64,000 bases of DNA from Candidatus Eiseniibacteriota bacterium (GTDB taxonomy: Bacteria; Eisenbacteria; RBG-16-71-46; JABDJR01): assembly GCA_963783375.1 (NCBI GenBank), contig CAWANH010000029.1, positions 672,001 through 736,000 of the forward strand, given 5' to 3'. Both the position numbers and the translations under genes were made by a program. The notes beneath the pieces are model-generated. The model had not been told where the DNA came from and searched no databases. It worked only from the letters and a program-made list of their open reading frames with translations. This document shows positions 29,733 to 37,264 of the stretch, piece by piece (position 1 is the first letter of the stretch; every line of letters starts with the position of its first letter).

Positions 29733-29761
29733 AGCATAGGCGCATGTAAAGATGCTGTCAA
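29733..29761 (-). promoter_or_regulatory. sigma-70 promoter (proximal) for the exbB operon
   Basis: TTGACA-N17-TATGCT on the minus strand. Confidence 0.65.
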
Positions 29762-30000
29762 GACCGTGGTCCCTCCCCGCCGGGAGTTCCGTTGTCGGCA
29801 CAACGCTCGACTCGGCAACGGTTTGCATCCCCGTCCCCCTCCCCTGCTCCGGCGCCGCCCCACTCCGACGGTCCCGCGAGCCTCTCCTCGTCCGGCCACC
29901 CTGCCGGCGGTAAAGGGGGACCCTTCTCAGGCCGATACCTGACGGGAGTCCCCTTTCTGGACTGGAGCGGGGAACCCGGAGACTGCAAAACGAAGCCAGC

Positions 30001-30029
30001 ACTATAGGTTGGGCGTCCCCCGGTGTCAA
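30001..30029 (-). promoter_or_regulatory. sigma-70 promoter (distal), pointing toward exbB
   Basis: TTGACA-N17-TATAGT on the minus strand, near consensus. Confidence 0.7.
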
Positions 30030-30054
30030 CCGAGGGGTGCCGGGAGGCAGAGGC

Positions 30055-31950
30055 ATGCGGCTCGTCGCTACATTGAGCGTACTCTTACTGGCCCTGGCGG
30101 TTCCCGCGCCGGCGACTGCGAGCCCGGCAGACACCCCCGGGATCTACTCGGCCACGACCGGAGATCTCTCCGATCCCAAGGCGGTGCTCGACGCGATGCG
30201 GGACATCGGCGCCAGCGAATTGAGCGCCGAGGCCCTGGCCCTCTACCAGGAAGGCATGCAGGCCGCGCGATCCGGACAGAAGACGGCGGCGCTGACGTAC
30301 TTTGAAACCGCGGCGGAAATGGATCCGACTTTTCCCGAACCGTACCTGGCCCTGGCCCGGATTCACCTGTTCTCCTCGCCCGAACAGGCGTTCACCAACC
30401 TGTGGCATGCGTCCCGGGCCGCCACATCGTCCTTCGGGGCCCAGCATCTCCTCCTGGTCAACGTGGTCTTCGGGTTCTTCATCGTGGTGGCCCTCGGTGG
30501 AATCCTGACCACCCTCTACGCTGCCCTGCGAATCATGCCGCGCGTCCACCACACCCTGAGCGAGCTCCTTCACCGATGGTTTCCTCCCTTGCCCGCGGCG
30601 CTCATCGCCCTGGTGATCCTGGCCGCGCCCGCCCTGTGGCGGGTGGGCCTGGTCCCGGTCATGCTCCTCTTCGCCGGAATCATGTGGGCGTGGATGGACA
30701 AGGGGGATCGCCGGTGGGCGATTACCCTGGCCGCGGTCACCGTGGCCGCCCCTCTCGTGCTTTGGGGATTCTCCCCGATCCTCTACTCCCCGCTGGATCC
30801 CTCGAGCCGGCCGTTTCTCCTGAATCGGGCGATGTCGGCCCCCTATTCCACCGCTCTCGAACAGTCGCTCGCCGACGCCGTGGCCCAGAGTCCCGAGGAC
30901 GCCGACCTTCATTTCGCCCTGGGCATGGTGGAGAAGCGGGGACGCCACCTGGACACCGCGGAGTCGGCGTACGAGAACGCGCTCCGCTTCGGCGCCCCCG
31001 AATCCGAGGTGTACAACAACCTCGGGGTGATCGCCTTCCAGAGGAATCAGCACGACCGGGCCCTGGAGTTCTTCCAGAAGGCGATCGAATCCGGCAACAA
31101 GCAGGCCGCCCCTCACTACAACCTGAGCCAGGCGTACGCCAAGAAGCTCCTGTTCGAGAAGGCGGACCAGGAGATGCTGGAGGCGAACCACCTCTCGTTC
31201 AACCGCATCCGGGCCGTGCTCCGACACGGCTCCGGCGGCGGCGAGAACCCGCTCATCGACGAGACCCTGCCCTCGACGGCCATCTGGCACGCGGCGTGGT
31301 CCGCGCCCCGGCGGATGCCCGGTCTTCCGGACTGGATGAAGCTCTGGTTTCCGGGATCGCTGGTGGCCCTGCCCATGATCTCCCTGCCGCTGTTCGTCCT
31401 GGGACTCCTGGCCGGATCGCGCCTCTACCGGGCCCTGGCCAGTTTCGCCTGCGCCAACTGCGGTCGGGCGGTTTGCCGCCGGTGCCTGCGCCGCATCCGC
31501 CGCTCCGCCTATTGCACCTCGTGCGGGGACGCGCTGCTCAGGATCCAGAGTGCCGCCTACTCGCGATTGGTCCTGGATTCGCGCCTCCGGCGAAATCGGG
31601 GCATGACCTCGATCTTCCCCAGGCTGGCAGCGTGGCTCCTGCCCGGCTACCACGCGTCCTGCGTCGGCCACGCCGATCTGGCCGCCGCCCTGGCCATGGG
31701 CACCGCACTGGCCTCCATGGGGCTCGTGCACGACCGTCTTCCGGTCACCCGCCTGGCCTGGCTCGAAAACGGGCCGGGCCTCTGGTGGCCGTTCATTCCG
31801 CTGGCCATCCTGGCCACCGTATTCCTGTTGTCCTGGGTGACCGTCCTCAAGCTCCGAGCGGCCCGTCTGACGGACCGGGAGGAGGAGTCCGGCCTGCCCG
31901 ATGACGTGCCCGCCGACGGGCCCCATCCGGCCCCTCGCAGGGCCGCCTGA
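30055..31950 (+). CDS. TPR-repeat multi-pass membrane protein with a Cys-rich zinc-binding domain
   Basis: Signal peptide, TPRs (LHFALG, VYNNLG, HYNLSQAY), TM segments and CANC-x4-CRRC-x9-CTSC. Confidence 0.85.
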   Translation: MRLVATLSVLLLALAVPAPATASPADTPGIYSATTGDLSDPKAVLDAMRDIGASELSAEALALYQEGMQAARSGQKTAALTYFETAAEMDPTFPEPYLALARIHLFSSPEQAFTNLWHASRAATSSFGAQHLLLVNVVFGFFIVVALGGILTTLYAALRIMPRVHHTLSELLHRWFPPLPAALIALVILAAPALWRVGLVPVMLLFAGIMWAWMDKGDRRWAITLAAVTVAAPLVLWGFSPILYSPLDPSSRPFLLNRAMSAPYSTALEQSLADAVAQSPEDADLHFALGMVEKRGRHLDTAESAYENALRFGAPESEVYNNLGVIAFQRNQHDRALEFFQKAIESGNKQAAPHYNLSQAYAKKLLFEKADQEMLEANHLSFNRIRAVLRHGSGGGENPLIDETLPSTAIWHAAWSAPRRMPGLPDWMKLWFPGSLVALPMISLPLFVLGLLAGSRLYRALASFACANCGRAVCRRCLRRIRRSAYCTSCGDALLRIQSAAYSRLVLDSRLRRNRGMTSIFPRLAAWLLPGYHASCVGHADLAAALAMGTALASMGLVHDRLPVTRLAWLENGPGLWWPFIPLAILATVFLLSWVTVLKLRAARLTDREEESGLPDDVPADGPHPAPRRAA

Positions 31951-31972
31951 CCAAGGTCGGAGAGACAAGCGC

Positions 31973-32965
31973 ATGGCGATTCGTGGGGGTCTTTCAGAGT
32001 TCTCGGTAGCCGAGATCCTGCAGCTGCTTGCCTTGCAGCAGAAGTCAGGGGTCCTGGCTCTGTCCGAGTCCCGCGGGGGCTCCCAGGTCCTGTTCTTCGA
32101 GCGCGGCCGCGTGATGGCCGCCGCGGATCGTCGGCAGGACGGCCGGCATGCCTTCATGAGCTATCTGACCGAGAACCTGATCCTCACCCGCGATCAGCTG
32201 GAGAGCGTGGAGGACATCTGCCGGGGAACGGGACACGATCTGTTCACGGTGCTGGTGTCCAGCGGAGTCATGGGCCGCGACCGGCTTCTGGAGGAAATGC
32301 GCCGCTACAGCCAGCGGATCGTGGACGACGTGGTGAACTGGCGGGACGGCACCTACGAATTCTCCGGGGACGAGAAGAGCCTCCCCAACCAGGGCATCAC
32401 CCTGAAGCTGAACCCCGAGGAACTGCTCCTGGAGAGCATGCGACGGAACGACGAGCTGGCCACCCTTAAGGAGTCCATGCTCGCCCCGGACCTGATCCTG
32501 GCCCGGGTGATGGACGCGGAGCCCCAGCCCCTTCCCCGCGAGTGTACGGTGGTGATGAACCTGGTGAACGGCCACCGCACCATCGAGGAGATCTGCAGGA
32601 TCTCTCCCCTGGGCGAGTACATCACCTACGACGCGGTGTCCGAGCTCCTGGGTCGTCAGCAGGCCATGATCGTGGATCCCCAGGACGTGGTGGACCTGAC
32701 CCTGACTCGCGCCGACCGGCGCCGTGTGTCCGGCCCCGCCGCGATCGCCCTGCTCTCCCTGGTTCTGGGCTCCATCCTCCTGGGAACCGGGATGGGGCCG
32801 CTGCTCCGGCACTCCTCAACGGCGTCCTCGTGGCTCCCCCCCCACGTGGCAGATCGCCGCGCCGCCGTCCGCGACCAGCTTCGCTACGATGTCGTGAACC
32901 TTCGCCGGAGCCTGCACGAGCCGCCCGCCGCCGCCCCCCGCGACAACGGCGAACCGTCCCGCTAG
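31973..32965 (+). CDS. DUF4388 (PATAN-like) domain protein with a C-terminal TM helix
   Basis: MAIRGGLSEFSVAEILQLLALQQKSGVL, WRDGTYEF, LLLESMRRNDE and LVNGHRTIEEI. Confidence 0.85.
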   Translation: MAIRGGLSEFSVAEILQLLALQQKSGVLALSESRGGSQVLFFERGRVMAAADRRQDGRHAFMSYLTENLILTRDQLESVEDICRGTGHDLFTVLVSSGVMGRDRLLEEMRRYSQRIVDDVVNWRDGTYEFSGDEKSLPNQGITLKLNPEELLLESMRRNDELATLKESMLAPDLILARVMDAEPQPLPRECTVVMNLVNGHRTIEEICRISPLGEYITYDAVSELLGRQQAMIVDPQDVVDLTLTRADRRRVSGPAAIALLSLVLGSILLGTGMGPLLRHSSTASSWLPPHVADRRAAVRDQLRYDVVNLRRSLHEPPAAAPRDNGEPSR

Positions 32966-33528
32966 TCCGAACCGCCTCTCCCTCGCTCCGCGACGATCCA
33001 CCGCGCCGCTCCGGCCAGGTCGCGCGCCACCCGATCGGCGAGGCCTCGGCGCAGCGCTTCCGCCCGCCCGGCCCGGCCGTGGCCGGTCAGCACCAGCACG
33101 GTGCGCAGCCCCGCCGCGCGTCCCGCCCGCAAATCGTTCACGGTGTCCCCCACCAGGAACGAGCGGCCCGGATCGAGCCCGAACTCCCGGAGACCCGCTC
33201 GCACCATCGCCGCGCCGGGCTTCCGGCAGGGGCAGGCGCCGGTGAACTCCGGATGGTGAGGGCAGTAGTACGCGCGGCGGATCACCGCGCCCTCGGCCGC
33301 CGCCATCTCCTTCAATCGCCCATCGAGGCGGCTGAGACCGCGGAGATCCAGGAGACCCCGCGCCACCGCGGACTGGTTCGAAACCACCAACAGCACCGCT
33401 CCGGCCCGGGCCAGGAGCCGGAGCCCCACCCCCGCTTCCGGGTAGAGCCGGAGCTGTTCGGGCCGGACCGGATGCACGGCGTCGCGGACCAGGGTGCCGT
33501 CGCGGTCGAGAAAAACCCCCCAGCTCAT
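32962..33528 (-). CDS. gmhB: D-glycero-D-manno-heptose 1,7-bisphosphate phosphatase (HAD IIIA)
   Basis: FLDRDGTL, VSNQS, CPHHP...CPCRKP and VGDT..D. Confidence 0.92.
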   Translation of the reverse strand: MSWGVFLDRDGTLVRDAVHPVRPEQLRLYPEAGVGLRLLARAGAVLLVVSNQSAVARGLLDLRGLSRLDGRLKEMAAAEGAVIRRAYYCPHHPEFTGACPCRKPGAAMVRAGLREFGLDPGRSFLVGDTVNDLRAGRAAGLRTVLVLTGHGRAGRAEALRRGLADRVARDLAGAARWIVAERGRGGSD

Positions 33529-34541
33529 CGCGCGGATTCCAGGCGGGGAGCCAGGGCCTCGAGCACCCGATCCACCGGCACATCGAGAAGACAACGCAGG
33601 TGGTCGCCGGCGGCGAGGGGGCAGCGCCTCCGGAAGCAGGGGCTGCAGGCGAGGCCGAGCCAGACCGCCTCCCCCTCCTCCGGCTCGGGCCCGGTCCAGA
33701 GTGGCGATGAGGAACCGAACACCGCCACCACCGGCGCCCCGGCCGCCCGGGCGAGGTGGAGCGCCCCGGAGTCGTTGGTCACCGCGGCCTGGGCGCGGGC
33801 GAGAACCGCCACCGCGGTAAGAAGGTCGGTGCGGCCGGTGAGGTCCAGCGCCCCGGCCCGGGCCAGCCTGGCCCCCGCGCCGGTCTCCGCGCTTCCCCCC
33901 ATCGCCACCGTCGCCACCCCCCGCCGGGCCAGCCGCCGGGCCAGATCCTCGAAGCGTTCGACCGGCCATTGTTTGGCCGGGCCGTAGCTCGCCCCGGGGG
34001 CCAGAACCACCGCGGACCGGCCGGACAGGGGCTCGAGGAGGCGCGCTGCCCGCGCCGAGGTCTCGTCTCCGGGGGGGAGCGTGAAGTCCGGCTCTCCCGT
34101 GGCGCTCCCCCCCACCGCCTCCACCAGCTCCAGATACTGTCGCCAGAGGGGGCGATCGCGCCGGCCCGGGGGAAGGCGATGGGTGAGAAGCGGTCCGAGG
34201 ACGCCGCGGCCGCGACCCAGGCGGAGCCCCGCCCCCGACGCGCGGGCCAGGGCCGCGCCGGAAATCGCCTCGGTGAACACCACCGCGCGGTCGGGGGCGA
34301 AGCGACGGAGCGGCTCCCGCAGCTCGAGAGGGGCTCGCCCCCCGTGCGCCGGGAGGATTTCGGTGAAGAGGCCCGCGGCGGCATACAGGGGAAGGACGCG
34401 CGGATGGGCCGCGCCGATGCGCTCGCCGGGGGGGAGGGATCGTAGCGCGGGGAGCGCCATGACCGCGTCCCCGATCCAGTTGGGAAGCCGACAGAACCAG
34501 CGGGCGCCCGGGCCGGCGGCGGGCCAGAGCGGCGAGGTCAC
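33525..34541 (-). CDS. waaF: LPS heptosyltransferase II (GT9)
   Basis: PNWIGDAVMALP, APGASYGPAKQWP and TNDSGALHLA. Confidence 0.9.
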   Translation of the reverse strand: MTSPLWPAAGPGARWFCRLPNWIGDAVMALPALRSLPPGERIGAAHPRVLPLYAAAGLFTEILPAHGGRAPLELREPLRRFAPDRAVVFTEAISGAALARASGAGLRLGRGRGVLGPLLTHRLPPGRRDRPLWRQYLELVEAVGGSATGEPDFTLPPGDETSARAARLLEPLSGRSAVVLAPGASYGPAKQWPVERFEDLARRLARRGVATVAMGGSAETGAGARLARAGALDLTGRTDLLTAVAVLARAQAAVTNDSGALHLARAAGAPVVAVFGSSSPLWTGPEPEEGEAVWLGLACSPCFRRRCPLAAGDHLRCLLDVPVDRVLEALAPRLESAR

Positions 34542-34927
34542 TGCCGGCGGTGGAGCAGCAGGAACGCCCCCAGGCCGACCAGGACCACCGGGACCACGAT
34601 CTTGAAGGTGAGGAGCGCGAGGATCTTCCACAGGATGATGAGGATCCCGATGGTGAGGAGCAACACCCCCGCCACCGCGCGCGGGTTCTCCGAGGCCATG
34701 GGGGGAAGCGGCGCCGTCCCATCCTCCTCCGGTTCCTCGGGCAGGGTGATCCAGAGCACCGCGTAGATGATGAGGCCCAGACCCCAGAAAAGAACCGCGA
34801 GCACGAAGGCCAAGCGCACCCATACCGGATCCACCCCGAGATAGGAGGCCAGCCCGCCGCACACGCCGGCGAAGATGCGGTCGTCGAAGGAGCGTACGAG
34901 GTTCCGCGGTCGGCTTGCCGTTTCCAC
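34538..34927 (-). CDS. PspC domain protein
   Basis: LVRSFDDRIFAGVCGGLASYLGVDPVWVRL plus further TM helices. Confidence 0.92.
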   Translation of the reverse strand: METASRPRNLVRSFDDRIFAGVCGGLASYLGVDPVWVRLAFVLAVLFWGLGLIIYAVLWITLPEEPEEDGTAPLPPMASENPRAVAGVLLLTIGILIILWKILALLTFKIVVPVVLVGLGAFLLLHRRQ

Positions 34928-34934
34928 GGTTGGG

Positions 34935-34963
34935 ATTCTAGGCGAGTCGCCGGTTCCTGTCGA
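34935..34963 (-). promoter_or_regulatory. sigma-70 promoter, probably producing a leaderless pspC-waaF-gmhB mRNA
   Basis: TCGACA-N17-TAGAAT, 7 nt before the GTG at 34927. No RBS present. Confidence 0.55.
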
Positions 34964-34972
34964 GCCGGGGGC

Positions 34973-37093
34973 TCAGCGGGGGCCGGCCCACCGCTTCCCG
35001 GGGCCCATCCGGGCCAGTTCGGCCAGGGCCGACTCCGCCGCCGCACGCTGGGAGGAACGGGGGAAACGATCCAGGAACGCCCTCAGTACCCCCCGGGCCT
35101 CGGCGAACTGGTTGTCCTCGACGAGGACGCGGGCCAGGCCGATGTAGGCTTCCTCCATCTCCGGCTTGAGCGCGATGGCCTGGCGATAGGCGTCGATGGC
35201 CTGGGAAGGCTCGCCGCTCCGGGCAAAATAGATGGCCAGGTTGAACGCCACCTCCGGGCTCCGCGGGGCGAGCTGCTTCGCTTCCCGGAGCGAATTGTAG
35301 GCGTCCGAGAATTGCCCGACGTGAATCTGCATCGCCCCCAGGTTCCCCCACGCCCGGGCGTTGCCCGGATCCATCCCCACCGCCTCCCGGAGCATCCGAA
35401 AACCCAGGGAGTCGGAGCCCTGCCCCACCAGGACCGTTCCCAGGGCGGAGAAGAACTCGGCCAGCTCGCTCCGCCCCGCGAGCCCGTCGAAGAAGGACTG
35501 GGGGATGGCGGAGAGGTTCTTCATCCGGGCTCCCGGGTCGCGCTTCAGGATGCGCACGGTTGGTCCGAGGTAGTCGTCCGAGCTGAACACCGCGGCCTCG
35601 TCGAAGGCCCGGTTCATCTCGCCGTAGAACGCGGTCTCGGCCGGATACTCCCGCGGATCGGCGAGGTAGCGGGCGTAGACCCCGGAGGAGAAGACCGCGT
35701 AGTCGAAGGTGGCGTAGAGCGGGGGCGAATAGGCCGGATCGTAGATGTGGGGGGAGATGCCGTGGAACGGCAGGTAGAGAACGTGAAAGCGATCCGGGTC
35801 GGGCCGGGGTCCGTAGCGCTCCACCAGAAGGGTGCTTCCGGCGGGGACGTTGGCCTGGATCCAGGCTTCGGCGGCCACTCGTGAATCCTGGCGGTCTCGC
35901 TTCTCCACCCCACGAACCACCTGGGCCAGGGGCCAGGCCACCGTGACCGCGGCCAGCGCGACCAGAATCCCCCGGGACGCCACCCGGGGGAGGGGAAGCC
36001 CCCGCGCGACCCCGACCACCGCCGCCCCCGCCCAGGCCGCGGCCAGCGGAACCAGGGGCAGGAGATAGCGCGGCGCGGCCATCTTCCAGGACCCGAAGAT
36101 GAGAAGAGCCGTCACCCCGAACACCGCCCCCGGGAGAGCCTTCCCCCGGGTCTCCCGGCGGGCGAGAAGAAGGACGAGGCCCACCAGGGCCGCCCCGGCC
36201 ACCACCGGGGTCCACCCCTGGGGTATGGCGTGGCCCAGATAGTAGGCCATCGCGCTTCCCCGCTCCCGGCCCAGGTGCCCGAGGACCATGTGCCGCCGCT
36301 CGAATCCGATGTCCGCCATCGCCGCCGAAGCGTCGAGAAGGACGTACGGGGAGGCGGCGGCGAAGGCCACCGCCGAGGTGAAGAGCCCCTGCCAGAGAAG
36401 TCCCGAGAAGACCACCGCCACCGGCCCCTCGCGGCGCGCGATCACGGTGCGCGCGTGGGCGGCCACGAGCGCGGCGATGAGAAGCGCCCCCGGGTACTTG
36501 GACGCTGCGGCCAGACCGATCCACAGACCGCACCACAGGTAGTCGGATCGCTCCCCCCGCTCGGCGATCCGCGTGGCCGCAACCAGGGCGGCGGCGGCGA
36601 ACAGGGTCAGGGCCATGTCCGGCCCCACCAGGCGACTCTCGGTCACCGCCACCGGGATCACCGCCACCAGCGCGGCGGCGATCCATCCCGCCCACGCCCC
36701 GGCCAGCCTCCGGGCCAGGAGAAAGGTGGGAATCACGACCAGGGCCCCGGTGACCGCCTGGAGCCACCGGCCCAAGAGCACCGCCCAGTCGAGATGTTGG
36801 CTCAGGATCTGGCGGAAGTCGTTCAGGGAAGACGCAACCCCTGTCAAGCTAAGCCACAGAAACCAAACGGCTTGAACAATAAAATTCGAGTAAAAGGTGA
36901 GGCTGGGGTACTTGAAGAAGTGGGGGTTCAGGTCCAACCCGCCGCCGGGGATCCCCCAGAACCCGATGGCCTCCCGAACCGGTGAGGCTTCCTCGAAAAC
37001 CTGGGGCAGGCCCCACCCGAGGCGAAGGACCCGAAGGAGCAGGGCGAGCCCGGTCAACAGCACCAGGCCGAAGGCGATGCGGCGACGGCGCAC
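34973..37093 (-). CDS. GT-C fold membrane glycosyltransferase (PMT/ArnT-like) with C-terminal TPRs
   Basis: WGLP..FEE acidic loop, LNPHFFKYP, GLAAASKYPG and PRYLLPL motifs, many TM helices, then TPR repeats. Confidence 0.8.
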   Translation of the reverse strand: MRRRRIAFGLVLLTGLALLLRVLRLGWGLPQVFEEASPVREAIGFWGIPGGGLDLNPHFFKYPSLTFYSNFIVQAVWFLWLSLTGVASSLNDFRQILSQHLDWAVLLGRWLQAVTGALVVIPTFLLARRLAGAWAGWIAAALVAVIPVAVTESRLVGPDMALTLFAAAALVAATRIAERGERSDYLWCGLWIGLAAASKYPGALLIAALVAAHARTVIARREGPVAVVFSGLLWQGLFTSAVAFAAASPYVLLDASAAMADIGFERRHMVLGHLGRERGSAMAYYLGHAIPQGWTPVVAGAALVGLVLLLARRETRGKALPGAVFGVTALLIFGSWKMAAPRYLLPLVPLAAAWAGAAVVGVARGLPLPRVASRGILVALAAVTVAWPLAQVVRGVEKRDRQDSRVAAEAWIQANVPAGSTLLVERYGPRPDPDRFHVLYLPFHGISPHIYDPAYSPPLYATFDYAVFSSGVYARYLADPREYPAETAFYGEMNRAFDEAAVFSSDDYLGPTVRILKRDPGARMKNLSAIPQSFFDGLAGRSELAEFFSALGTVLVGQGSDSLGFRMLREAVGMDPGNARAWGNLGAMQIHVGQFSDAYNSLREAKQLAPRSPEVAFNLAIYFARSGEPSQAIDAYRQAIALKPEMEEAYIGLARVLVEDNQFAEARGVLRAFLDRFPRSSQRAAAESALAELARMGPGKRWAGPR

Positions 37094-37223
37094 TCAGGAT
37101 TCCTCTCTCAGGCGGTGGGCTTCCGGAACCGTGGGGAGAATCTCAAACTCGGTGTGGCTCGCGTGGGGAATCAGGGTTACTTTCTCCCGAGTCCCGGTTG
37201 GGCCGGTCGACGAAATCCTCCGG

Positions 37224-37253
37224 AGTATAGGAACGAGGCAAAAACGAGGTCAA
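37224..37253 (-). promoter_or_regulatory. sigma-70 promoter for the GT-C/TPR gene
   Basis: TTGACC-N18-TATACT on the minus strand. Confidence 0.6.
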
Positions 37254-37264
37254 GGAACCCTGCG

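Noticed and set aside
29812-29828. sigma-54-like motif TCGGCAACGGTTTGCAT
   Set aside because: The GG-to-GC spacing is 9 nt rather than the required 10.
29296-30134. Short ORFs in the exbB-TPR intergenic region
   Set aside because: No RBS, no coding-like codon bias and no motifs. They also cross predicted promoters.
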